From Chthoniobacteraceae bacterium (lineage in GTDB: Bacteria; Verrucomicrobiota; Verrucomicrobiia; Chthoniobacterales; Chthoniobacteraceae): DNA of 64,000 nucleotides. How positions within the stretch are numbered: position 1 is the first letter of the stretch; each line of letters opens with the position of its first letter. Location of the stretch: NCBI GenBank assembly GCA_037190965.1, contig JBBCKI010000030.1, positions 64,001 through 128,000 of the forward strand, written 5' to 3'. The notes under the pieces were generated by a model. That model did not search any database, was not told the origin of the DNA, and saw only the letters and a program-made list of their open reading frames with translations. The translations under genes and the position numbers were made by a program. Positions 9,789-18,890 of this stretch are shown here, piece by piece.

Positions 9789-11081
9789 TCAGGCGGGCTG
9801 CTCCTTGGAGCAGTTCTCGCAGTCATCGTGACGGGATTCCTCCTGGACCATCGCCGCCGTATCGCGCACCAGCGCCTTCATGCTCGAAAGCCAGATAACC
9901 CCTGCCACGAGAATGACCAGCGAAATGGTCAGAAACGCGACGTTCCAGTTGGAATGATCCCTGATCAAGCCAATGAGCGGCGGGGAAATCGCGTCCCCCA
10001 ACGCGTGGATCACCAGGATGCTCAGGGCAAACGCGGAAGCACGAATGGCCGGAGGAGTCACATTGGCGATGGCGGTGTTCGATGGCCCCGTGTTCAGGAA
10101 CACGAAGAAGATCGTGATGAAGACGAAAATCCACGCATAGGGAAACGGCGTATAAACAATCGCCACCGTGGACGGAAACCCAAGGAGCATTCCCCAGCCC
10201 GATACCAGAAAATAGGAACCGGGGAATCGGGTGCGGAGGCGGTCCGCCAATAAGCCGCCCAGCAAAGTGGAGATCAACCCGGCAATGACCACGATCCCCC
10301 CAAAGAACAAAGTCGACTGCGATTGCGGCACTCCACGCGCCTCGGAGAGATATGTCGGCACCCAGAAGGAGAGGCCTCCGATCGAGAACGTCAGGGCCGT
10401 TTGTGCCGCGACGTTGAGAAGGTAGGAAGGAATTCGAAACAGCCGCCGATAATCATCCAGGGCGGACCGTTTGGCGGCTTTGGAAGCAGGCTTGCGAGGG
10501 TCCTTCATCATGAATGACCACGCCGCGAGCGCCAGCCCGGGCGGCACCACAAGGTAAAAGGCCCACCGCCAGTCGAGATGGTGAACCGCCAGGCCGCCCC
10601 ACATATAGCCCAGCGCGCTCCCCACGGGAATCGCGACATAGAACCACGATAACACCTGCCCCCGTTTTTCCACCGGGAAAAGATCGCTGATGATGGTGGG
10701 CGCAGCCGGGCCGTAACCCGCCTCGCCGATCCCCAGAAAGACGCGGGTGAGCAGGATCGCCACAAAACTCCCCGCCAACCCCGATGCTCCGCACGCCATC
10801 GTCCAAAGCCCGACACTGAAGGCAATCAGCTTCCAGCGGGAATACCGGTCTGCCAACCAGCCGAAGATTGGAGCCGTGAGCATGTAGGAAATCAGGAATC
10901 CGGTACCCAGCAATCCGGCCTTGAAATTCTCCTTGGGGTCGCCCGCCAGAAACTCCAGCTTGATCTGGGGGAGGACCGCCGTGATCAGGTAGCGGTCGAG
11001 GTAACAAAAAAGGTTGATGGCCAGCAGGAGCGCGACCGACATCTTCGCGCTGGAGCCGGTTTGGGAAGGTGGCTGATTCAT
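9789..11081 (-). CDS. MFS transporter (spinster-like)
   Basis: LLLAINLFCYLDR, FGWLADRYSRW motif A, RVFLGIGEA, ~12 hydrophobic segments. Start set to ATG 11081 because the upstream extension runs into a repeat. Confidence 0.92.
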   Translation of the reverse strand: MNQPPSQTGSSAKMSVALLLAINLFCYLDRYLITAVLPQIKLEFLAGDPKENFKAGLLGTGFLISYMLTAPIFGWLADRYSRWKLIAFSVGLWTMACGASGLAGSFVAILLTRVFLGIGEAGYGPAAPTIISDLFPVEKRGQVLSWFYVAIPVGSALGYMWGGLAVHHLDWRWAFYLVVPPGLALAAWSFMMKDPRKPASKAAKRSALDDYRRLFRIPSYLLNVAAQTALTFSIGGLSFWVPTYLSEARGVPQSQSTLFFGGIVVIAGLISTLLGGLLADRLRTRFPGSYFLVSGWGMLLGFPSTVAIVYTPFPYAWIFVFITIFFVFLNTGPSNTAIANVTPPAIRASAFALSILVIHALGDAISPPLIGLIRDHSNWNVAFLTISLVILVAGVIWLSSMKALVRDTAAMVQEESRHDDCENCSKEQPA

Positions 11082-11157
11082 GCGAACGCAGGTCGCATCC
11101 CGCGCCTTTGGAGGGCGAAATGCAAGACGATTTTTCCGGGATGGCTCGGGCTCCTCT

Positions 11158-11320
11158 TGGTGCGGCAGCACCGGTAGCACGCTCGCGCCGTCGAGCGTGG
11201 ATATCGACTCCCGTGACTTCACGAGCGCTGCATCCCAATCACCAGAAGCCCATCCTGCGGGGATGGACGTCAAACGCGACTCGGAAACCGATCCCGCGCT
11301 CTCGGCGAGAGCGGACTACC
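11158..11320 (+). repeat. REP-doublet element, family 1
   Basis: TGGTGCGGCAGCACC-GGTAGCACGCTCGCGCCGTCGAGCG ... CATCCC ... TCCTGCGGGGATG ... CCCGCGCTCTCGGCGAGAGCGGACTACC. Confidence 0.85.
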
Positions 11321-11398
11321 TGCGGCGGGGCGGCCCTTTTCGCGCCCTTTACGGAAGATTGACCCGGGCGTGAGGCTCCACTAGGTTTTAAGTTTCGC

Positions 11399-12928
11399 AT
11401 GAAGATCAAGCGCGCTCTCATTTCTGTTTCGGACAAAACCGGTCTCCTGGAGTTTGCCCGGGAACTTTCGACCCTCGGGGTCGAAATCATTTCCACCGGC
11501 GGCACCGCCAAGCTCCTCCAGAGGGAGGGAATCGCCTGCACGGAAATCTCCTCCTTCACCGGCTTCCCCGAGATCATGGACGGCCGGGTAAAGACCCTTC
11601 ACCCGAAGGTGCACGGCGGCCTGCTTTTCCTGCGGGGCAACGAGGATCACGAAGCCCAGGCGAAAGCCAACGGCATCGAGCCGATCGACCTCGTGGTGGT
11701 GAACCTTTACCCGTTCGAATCGACCGTGGCGAAGGAAGGAGTCACGCTGGAGGAAGCCATCGAGCAGATCGACATCGGCGGCCCTTCCATGCTCCGGAGC
11801 GCGGCGAAGAATTACCGCTCCGTCACGGTGGTGGTCGACCCCGCCGATTACGAAGACGTCCTCACCAGCATCCGCGATAACGAAGGCGGCACCACGCTGA
11901 AGCTGCGCGAGCGGCTCGCCATCAAGGTCTTCGTCACCACCTCCAAGTACGACGGCGCCATTGCGAACTACCTTAACAAAGAACAGGAGACCACCTGCTC
12001 GTTCGCCGTCTCCATGCCGATCGCCGCCCGTCTCCGTTACGGTGAAAACCCTCACCAGCACGCGGCGCTTTACGGCAACTTTGACGACTACTTCCAGAAG
12101 CTCCACGGCAAGGAACTCTCCTTCAACAACATCCTCGACATCACGGCGGCGTCGCAGTTGATCAGCGAGTTTTCCGAGCCGACGGTGGCGATCCTCAAGC
12201 ACACCAACCCGTGCGGCGTTGGCAGCGATGCGGACCTGCGGGCGGCTTGGGACAAGGCGTTTGCCACCGACAAGCAGGCTCCCTTCGGCGGCATCATTAT
12301 CTGCAACCGCCCGTTGACGGAATCGCTCGCCCGGGCGATCAGCGAGATTTTCTCCGAGGTGATCATCGCGCCCGATTTCGACGCGGACGCACGCGCTCTC
12401 CTGCAAAAGAAGAAGAACCTGCGCCTGATGAAGCGCCTGATCGCTCCCGCCAAGGAAGAGCAGGAACTCGACATCCGTTCGGTCGTCGGCGGCCTGCTCG
12501 TGCAGGACCGCGACCGCGAGGAGCTCAAGGACCTCGAAAGCAAGGTCGTCTCGCAGCGCCCCCCGACGGCGGACGAAATGCGCGCGATGATGTTCGGCTG
12601 GAAAGTCGTCAAGCACGTCAAATCCAACGCCATCGTTTACGCGGGCAAAGACCGCACGCTCGGCATCGGTGCGGGCCAAATGTCGCGCGTGGACGCCTCG
12701 CGCATCGCCATCTGGAAGGCCAAGGACGCCGGGCTTTCGCTGACGGGCAGCGTGGTGGCCAGCGACGCCTTCTTCCCCTTCCCCGATGGCCTGATCGCCG
12801 CCGCCGAAGCGGGAGCAACGGCAGCCATCCAGCCCGGCGGCTCCGTTCGCGATCCCGAAGTCATCGCCGCCGCCGACGAGCGGAAACTGGCGATGGTCTT
12901 CACCGGCGTCCGGCACTTCAAACACTAG
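11399..12928 (+). CDS. purH: Bifunctional AICAR transformylase/IMP cyclohydrolase
   Basis: [57 protein letters not shown]. Confidence 0.98.
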   Translation: MKIKRALISVSDKTGLLEFARELSTLGVEIISTGGTAKLLQREGIACTEISSFTGFPEIMDGRVKTLHPKVHGGLLFLRGNEDHEAQAKANGIEPIDLVVVNLYPFESTVAKEGVTLEEAIEQIDIGGPSMLRSAAKNYRSVTVVVDPADYEDVLTSIRDNEGGTTLKLRERLAIKVFVTTSKYDGAIANYLNKEQETTCSFAVSMPIAARLRYGENPHQHAALYGNFDDYFQKLHGKELSFNNILDITAASQLISEFSEPTVAILKHTNPCGVGSDADLRAAWDKAFATDKQAPFGGIIICNRPLTESLARAISEIFSEVIIAPDFDADARALLQKKKNLRLMKRLIAPAKEEQELDIRSVVGGLLVQDRDREELKDLESKVVSQRPPTADEMRAMMFGWKVVKHVKSNAIVYAGKDRTLGIGAGQMSRVDASRIAIWKAKDAGLSLTGSVVASDAFFPFPDGLIAAAEAGATAAIQPGGSVRDPEVIAAADERKLAMVFTGVRHFKH

Positions 12929-12944
12929 CCTCCGACCTCCTGAA

Positions 12945-13685
12945 ATGAACACCTTGCGCCTCGGCGTCAATATCGACCACGTTGCCACGTTGCGGCAGGC
13001 GCGCTATGCGGGTGCCTACGGCACGCATAACTGCGAACCCGATCTCGTGGATGCCGCCGCGATCTGCGAACGCGCCGGGGCGGAGGGGATCACGATCCAC
13101 CTTCGCGCCGACCGGCGGCATGTGGTGGACGAGGATGTTTACCTGCTCCGCAAGAGCCTGACGACGAAGCTCAACCTCGAAATGGGGAACACGCCGGAGA
13201 TCCTCGACATTGCCCTCCGCGTGCGGCCCGAGGATGTCTGCCTGGTTCCCGAGAACCGGCAGGAAGTGACGACCGAAGGAGGGCTCGATGTCGTCTCGCA
13301 AGCCGCCGCGCTGGAACCAACCATCCGGCAGCTCAAGGAAGCGGGCATCCGCATCAGCATGTTTATCGAGCCCGACGCGGCGCAGATCGACGCCACCGTG
13401 AAATTGGGTGCAGAGGTTGTGGAACTCCACACCGGCGCGTTTGCCAACGCCACCGGCGAGGCGCAGCTTGCCCAGGTGGAACGGATTCGGGAAGCGGCGG
13501 CCTACGCCCACCAGCGGGGGCTGCAAGTCAACGCCGGGCATGGCATCAACTACACCAATATCGCGCTGATCCGCCCAATTCCGTTTCTGGAGGAACTCAA
13601 CATCGGCCACTCCATCGTTTCCCGCGCGGTCTTCGTCGGGTTGGAGAACGCAGTGGCGGAGATGCTTGCGGCCATGCGGGGCTAG
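12945..13685 (+). CDS. pdxJ: Pyridoxine 5'-phosphate synthase
   Basis: LGVNIDHVATLRQAR, CLVPENRQEVTTEGGLD, VNAGHG, ELNIGHSIV. Confidence 0.98.
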   Translation: MNTLRLGVNIDHVATLRQARYAGAYGTHNCEPDLVDAAAICERAGAEGITIHLRADRRHVVDEDVYLLRKSLTTKLNLEMGNTPEILDIALRVRPEDVCLVPENRQEVTTEGGLDVVSQAAALEPTIRQLKEAGIRISMFIEPDAAQIDATVKLGAEVVELHTGAFANATGEAQLAQVERIREAAAYAHQRGLQVNAGHGINYTNIALIRPIPFLEELNIGHSIVSRAVFVGLENAVAEMLAAMRG

Positions 13686-13760
13686 CCATGAAGGCGCAGA
13701 CTTCCCGATGAGTTCCGATTCCATGACGATTTCGCAGGAAGCCCTGGAACAGCCCTTCAC

Positions 13761-13832
13761 GGCGTCGCGGAGCTCCGCCCTCCGGGTGGAACGCTGCATT
13801 ACCTCTGACGGAGGGCGGAGCTCCGCGACGCC
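13761..13832. repeat. Perfect 24-bp inverted repeat (REP-like doublet, family 3)
   Basis: GGCGTCGCGGAGCTCCGCCCTCCG (13761-13784) and its exact reverse complement (13809-13832), with a 24-bp spacer. Confidence 0.85.
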
Positions 13833-13864
13833 TCCCCCCTTCGCAATCGCCTGCTGAGCGCCCC

Positions 13865-14257
13865 ATGGAAATCCTCGGCACCGGCATCGATCTGGTCGAA
13901 AACGCGCGAATCGCGGCGTCGATTGAAAAATTCGGCGACCGTTTTCTAAACCGCGTCTTTCGCCCCGAAGAGCTGGCGTATTGCCGAACGATGCGGCACC
14001 CCACTCCGCATTACGCAGCCCGGTTCGCGGCCAAGGAAGCCGTGGCCAAGGCATTCGGCTGCGGCATCTCGGAGCGAATGGGCTTTCTCGACATCGAAGT
14101 GACCCGCAACGAGGCGGGCGCGCCCTCCATCGTCCTGCATGGCCCGGCTCGGGAACTGGCGACGGAACGCGAGGTCACGAAGATCTTCCTTAGCCTGAGC
14201 CACACCGACAATTACTCGGTGGCCAACGTGATCTTGAGCGGTTCTACCGGGAAATAA
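13865..14257 (+). CDS. acpS: Holo-ACP synthase
   Basis: ILGTGIDLVE, YAARFAAKEAVAKAFG, LSLSHT. Confidence 0.96.
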   Translation: MEILGTGIDLVENARIAASIEKFGDRFLNRVFRPEELAYCRTMRHPTPHYAARFAAKEAVAKAFGCGISERMGFLDIEVTRNEAGAPSIVLHGPARELATEREVTKIFLSLSHTDNYSVANVILSGSTGK

Positions 14258-14302
14258 ACGGATTAGACAGCGCGACGACAATCGCCGGCTGCCGTCTACG
14301 GC

Positions 14303-14673
14303 TCAATTATTGGATTTAGGTTCTCTGGTGAATTCCTTGGTCTCGATTAAAACCCAAATCTCCTTCGGATCCTGCCCCTTCTCTACGCTCATTGAAAGGT
14401 TGTGTTTGCGGGCATAGGCACGGAAGCCGGAAATGAGGTCGGCGGAGTTGCGACACCAAAATGAGACCGACTCGGTCACCCGTTCGTCTGCAATCTCCTG
14501 AGAATAGACAGCCCCTCCCCATCTAAAGTCCTTGGCAGGCGGCAGCGGAAGGTTTCGAATGGCTGTTGAAAGCGGTCGATGAAAGCAATCTGCCGACTCA
14601 CTTCTACGTGCCCAATGCTGTAACACCTGGGAGTAAGACAGCCAACACTGCGTGCAAATAATAGAGTTCTCAT
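14303..14673 (-). pseudogene. Possible frameshifted cassette-like gene in the low-GC islet
   Basis: An ATG at 14673 follows the attC relic. Signal-peptide-like text (MRTLLF.. / AVLAVLLPG..) and a plausible C-terminal part (..DFRWGGAVYSQE...REPKSNN*) lie in different frames. Confidence 0.3.
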
Positions 14674-14727
14674 CGAAGAGCAGATTGCCGCGGATGCTGC
14701 GATTCCAGACGCAGAGGTTCTTGCTTG

Positions 14728-14814
14728 GCTGAGCTACCGTGCCAGCGCCGGTGGCAACGAATCCAAAACCAAACGTGATCGCTGGCACGGTTGGCTCCAG
14801 CGTTCTGGGTAGGC
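14728..14814 (-). mobile_element. Degenerate integron attC-like site
   Basis: The minus strand reads GCCTACC-CAGAAC-GCTGGAGC-CAACCGTGCCAGCG..(loop)..CGCTGGCACGGTA-GCTCAGC. This gives an 8-bp L'' versus a 7-bp L' and two extrahelical bases. R'' is degenerate and R' (GTTRRRY) is missing. Confidence 0.65.
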
Positions 14815-14821
14815 TGCATGC

Positions 14822-15055
14822 TCATCGGAATAGATCGATGACTGGCCGATAAACACGCCCAAGAGGTTCGAACACTCCGACACGCCTGCAAAGCTCCTCG
14901 AAGTGATCGCTCCCAAACATGAAATACTCACCTGCCGCGATTCCGAGTGGAAGAAAAACGAGAACGGGAATCATAACGGCAAGCCACGCGATTACAGGCA
15001 TTCCCCGGCAAGATTCTGGATGTTTCCGGGTCACGACGTGTGACAGTTCAACCAT
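14822..15055 (-). CDS. Small hypothetical membrane protein (putative gene cassette)
   Basis: 77-aa ORF with one hydrophobic helix; the stop lies 7 nt before the attC-like R'' box. Confidence 0.45.
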   Translation of the reverse strand: MVELSHVVTRKHPESCRGMPVIAWLAVMIPVLVFLPLGIAAGEYFMFGSDHFEELCRRVGVFEPLGRVYRPVIDLFR

Positions 15056-15761
15056 TCATTTGAATGTGTTTTGAAGAAGAATTTTGAATTGCGCGGGCAA
15101 ATCATCGTAATGCCCAAATCCCTCCGTCATTCGTGTCAGGGAGGATGAAGAACCCCTTCCTTCAAGAGTTATCTTTTGAAGATACTTCAGCCCAGCGAAC
15201 CAGAAAGTATGAGAAACATCAGCGAACGCCATGTATGGAAGAAGAAGGATCAAAAACGAGTGCCGCATAATTTCTACCGAATGTTCAAGGCGAAGCATGA
15301 CCCTTTCGAGAGATCCGGTTCGGTTAGCCTTCGAAGATTGCCGCCCATACTGAATCGTATCCTCCTTCTTCTCTTCTTGCCTTCATAATTGAAACCGATG
15401 CGTAAACCGAACTTGTCTCGCTAAAATTCTACCGATTGGCTTCGCGCTGTTTGCAATGAGCATGGTGACTGATGAGGCAAGTCGCGTTTTCATTTCCTTA
15501 CGGAACGTTTTGCAGGTAGAAAAATATCTTTTGCATTTCTGTAGAACAATTAAAAATTTGGTCGAAACACCGACAGCCACTCAGCAGCCAATGTAATGCT
15601 CGCCGGTTTGTCCGGGCCATGAAGTCAGCCAGATCAGAGAATTCTGAAAACCTGGCCATGCTCCGCAACTTTTTGGGCGCTTTTTGGTTCATTCCCGAGA
15701 AGATAAACGGCAGTAGACAACGTAACGACAATCGGTAACGTAGACGGCACCCCACCCCCAA

Positions 15762-17027
15762 ATGCCAGAGTTTACCTACGTTGCACGCGGTTCGGACGGC
15801 AATCTTGCCCAGGGGACGATCCATGCCAATGACCGGTCGGCGGCGATCCGGCAGATTGAAGCGCTCAAGCGCATCCCCATCAGGATCGACGTGGCAGGCG
15901 CGGCTCCCGCCTCGCCCTCCGCCACCAAAGTCGCGACGACCGCTTCATCTTCCTCGTCCGCTTCGGCAGAGCCCACCCAGGGGGTTCCGCTGGCCCAGCT
16001 TTTTCTTTTCACCGAACAGTTGGCCCATCTTCTCTCGGCCGGGATGACGCTCGATGAGGCGCTTGGCATTCTCGTCCGCCGCCTCCAGCAGCCAAAACTC
16101 CAGGGCCTCTGCCGCTCGCTGCACCAGGGTTTGGTGGACGGGCGAAGCCTCTCGCTGTCGATGCGCGACTTTCCGAAAGTCTTCTCGCCGCTCTACGTCA
16201 ACATGGTCTCGGCGGGCGAGGCGTCGGGGGCGCTTTCGCAGATCCTTCGGCGGCTGGTCACCCATCTCGCCGGGGTCAAAGCCTTGCGCGAACGGGTGCA
16301 ACAGGCGCTGGTTTATCCTGCCGTCCTCGTCGTGGTGGGGATTGCGTTGATCATTGTGTTCATGACGGTGATGGTCCCGCAACTCACCGGTTTCTTCACC
16401 TCCACAGGCCAGAAGCTCCCGCTGCCGACGGAGATCCTCCTCAAAGCCAATCACCTCCTGACCGGTTACTGGTGGCTAGCCGTGCTCGCGGGAGGCGCGC
16501 TCTTTGGCGGCTGGAAGGCTTTTACGCGCAACCCGGAAGGCAGGCTCTCGTGGGACCGCTTCGTCTGGAAGCTCCCGGCCATCGGGCGGATCCCCCGCTA
16601 CCGGTTCTACGCGCAGTTTGCACGGACGCTGGGAACGCTGGTCGAGAACGGCGTCACGCTGCTCAAGGCGTTAGAACTGCTGGAGGACATCTCCGGCAAC
16701 GAATGGGTGCGGCTCCAGATGGTGGAAGTGCGCAAGGCGGTGATGGACGGGGCGAGCCTTTCCAACGCGTTGCGCCAGCAGGCGCTCTTCCCGGAATTGT
16801 TTCTCGACATGATGGCGGTCGGCGAGCAAACCGGCCGGTTTGCGGACACGATGCAAATGATCGCCGACGTCCACGAACGCGAACTCGACAAGCAGGTGCA
16901 ATTTGTCTCCTCCCTGGTGCCGCCCGTGGTCATCGTCATGATCGCCGCCGTCGTCGGCCTCGTCGTCTTCGGCATTTTGGCCGCCGTATTCAACCTCACT
17001 TCGGGACTGCACCAAAATGTTCGCTAA
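15762..17027 (+). CDS. Type II secretion / type IV pilus inner-membrane platform protein (GspF/PilC family)
   Basis: MPEFTYVAR, FTEQLAHLLSAGMTLDEAL, MVSAGEASGAL, ALVYP, MMAVGEQTG; two T2SSF repeats. Confidence 0.93.
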   Translation: MPEFTYVARGSDGNLAQGTIHANDRSAAIRQIEALKRIPIRIDVAGAAPASPSATKVATTASSSSSASAEPTQGVPLAQLFLFTEQLAHLLSAGMTLDEALGILVRRLQQPKLQGLCRSLHQGLVDGRSLSLSMRDFPKVFSPLYVNMVSAGEASGALSQILRRLVTHLAGVKALRERVQQALVYPAVLVVVGIALIIVFMTVMVPQLTGFFTSTGQKLPLPTEILLKANHLLTGYWWLAVLAGGALFGGWKAFTRNPEGRLSWDRFVWKLPAIGRIPRYRFYAQFARTLGTLVENGVTLLKALELLEDISGNEWVRLQMVEVRKAVMDGASLSNALRQQALFPELFLDMMAVGEQTGRFADTMQMIADVHERELDKQVQFVSSLVPPVVIVMIAAVVGLVVFGILAAVFNLTSGLHQNVR

Positions 17028-18111
17028 ATCCCTCATGAGAGCCAAAGCGGCACAAGCCCTCTTCGCCCTCCTTTTCCTCGGCGCGGAGCCCGCCGTCCGC
17101 GCGCAGTCCCTGGAGATCACGCCGACCCCGTTCAGCACCCTGATTGATTTCGACCAGCTCCGGCATCCCGCAGGCAAATCGCTGGAAGCGGCGCGGAGCC
17201 AGCCGATCTGGCTGGAAACCGTGCAGATCGTCGAGGGCGAGCAGGAGGCAGCGGACCGGCAAACCGTTTTTCGCATCCGGCTGCGCGCCCTTCCCGGGCT
17301 GAACGACTCCCTTCTGCTGCGGCTTTTTTTCCAGGACAAACCGAACGCGCATCCCATCGTGACCGGCTGGTCGGAAACCGGCGACCGGCGCTATGCCACC
17401 CCACCCCTCGGGGCGGGACTGGAACTGACGGCTTCGGAATCGCTCGTCATTCCCACACAGGGGATTGATTATCTGGAGATTGCCGTTCCCGGGGATGGCT
17501 CCACGCTCCGGCAGGCGTTCCTGACCTCCCTGCGCAAGACGGAGACGAACGCCTCGTTCGACTTTGCGCCCCCCGCGCCCGTGAGCGACCCTTTTGAAGG
17601 CGGAGTCGATGGGTTGCCCGCGCTTCCCGCCGAGAACGACACGTTCCTTTTTGGCAGGACCCGGGCGACGCTGGAGGCCGGGACGGTCAAGCTTTTGCCC
17701 CCAGATCACGGCGACTCCGAGGAGGATGATTCGCATACCGTCCATTTCGAGTTCAACCTGGAGAGCGCGCCGCTCATCGCCATGGTCACCTTCCATGTGA
17801 TCGGCGCGGACCCCGCCGCGCCGCTGCTGGCCTGGGCCAATGGGGACCCGGTGGGAGCCGTTGCGATGCAGCTTCCGGACCTTGCGGATCCCGGGTACAG
17901 CGGTGTGGCCCGCCCTCTGGAGAGAATGCGTTTCCAGTACGCCGGGTGGGTGCGTTGCCAGAAGGTCATCCCTGCCCGATCCTTGCGAGCGGGAAAGAAT
18001 ACGTTCACCTTGCAACTCCCGCCAAACTCCGCTCCAGTGGCCCTGCGCAAAATCGAGTTGCAGCTCAAGCATCACTGGCAGAAACTTGATTATACCCTCA
18101 TCCCTTTCTGA
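17017..18111 (+). CDS. Hypothetical secreted protein between the gspF- and gspG-like genes
   Basis: 364-aa ORF with a signal peptide (…AVRA|QS); overlaps the upstream gene by 11 nt; the next ATG follows 1 nt after its stop. Confidence 0.75.
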   Translation: MFAKSLMRAKAAQALFALLFLGAEPAVRAQSLEITPTPFSTLIDFDQLRHPAGKSLEAARSQPIWLETVQIVEGEQEAADRQTVFRIRLRALPGLNDSLLLRLFFQDKPNAHPIVTGWSETGDRRYATPPLGAGLELTASESLVIPTQGIDYLEIAVPGDGSTLRQAFLTSLRKTETNASFDFAPPAPVSDPFEGGVDGLPALPAENDTFLFGRTRATLEAGTVKLLPPDHGDSEEDDSHTVHFEFNLESAPLIAMVTFHVIGADPAAPLLAWANGDPVGAVAMQLPDLADPGYSGVARPLERMRFQYAGWVRCQKVIPARSLRAGKNTFTLQLPPNSAPVALRKIELQLKHHWQKLDYTLIPF

Positions 18112-18112
18112 A

Positions 18113-18643
18113 ATGACGTCGCACTCCACCCCTCGCCGACCTTCCGAAACCCAGCCGATCGTTCTCCGCCCCGCAAAGGCCCAGCCCCGGCAGGGTCCAC
18201 GCCGCCAGGGCCGCCACGCGACAAAGCCGGCCCGGGGAAAAACCAAGGGCGGCTTTACGCTGCTGGAGATCATGCTGGTGGTGATGATTATCGCCCTCCT
18301 CGGCGGCGCCGCCGTTTACTACATGGGCGGAAACATCGGCGTGGCCCAGGAAACCCGCGTCCGCAGCGATATTCAGGCCATCTCGACCCAGCTCAAGCTC
18401 TACCAGGCGCTCAACGGCTTCCTGCCGACCTCCGAGCAGGGGCTCAAGGCGCTGGTCACCCAGCCGACCACGGAGCCGAAGCCAAAAAGCTGGCGCGTGC
18501 TCTTCGACAAGATGCCGCAGGATCCTTGGAGCAACGACTACAACTACGCGGCTCCCGGGAAGCACAACCCGAACTCCTTCGATCTCTTCTCCGCCGGCGC
18601 GGACCGCAAGCCCGGCACCCCCGACGATATCGGGAACTGGTAA
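18113..18643 (+). CDS. gspG: Type II secretion major pseudopilin
   Basis: G|FTLLEIMLVVMII, PTSEQGLKALV, PQDPWSNDYNY, DLFSAGAD...DDIGNW. Confidence 0.93.
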   Translation: MTSHSTPRRPSETQPIVLRPAKAQPRQGPRRQGRHATKPARGKTKGGFTLLEIMLVVMIIALLGGAAVYYMGGNIGVAQETRVRSDIQAISTQLKLYQALNGFLPTSEQGLKALVTQPTTEPKPKSWRVLFDKMPQDPWSNDYNYAAPGKHNPNSFDLFSAGADRKPGTPDDIGNW

Positions 18644-18657
18644 TAGGGGGATGACCG

Positions 18658-18803
18658 GGTAGACCGCTCTCGCCGAGAGCGCGGGCATCGACTCCCGTAG
18701 CTCCATGAGAGCTTCATCCCAGTACCGAGAGCTTATCCTGCGGGGATGAGTACCAAGCGCGACTCGCAAACCTATCCCGCGCTCTTGGCGAGAACGGTCT
18801 ACC
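18658..18803 (+). repeat. REP-doublet element, family 1 (clearest terminal inverted repeats)
   Basis: GGTAGACCGCTCTCGCCGAGAGCGCGGG ... CCCGCGCTCTTGGCGAGAACGGTCTACC. Confidence 0.88.
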
Positions 18804-18890
18804 AAGGGCCTCTCCAATCGGGTGCTTTTCCGTGCATCCAGGAATAGGGAATCTGTTGGAATGAGAGGGCATGGGAGGTAGGTTGAATCA

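Noticed and set aside
11082..11273. N-terminal extension of the MFS ORF in the track
   Set aside because: The upstream start lies inside the family 1 repeat; the transporter-like sequence begins near 11081.
15056..15700. Short ORFs in the right half of the low-GC islet
   Set aside because: All are 110 aa or shorter, mutually overlapping and motif-free, so none can be supported as a gene.
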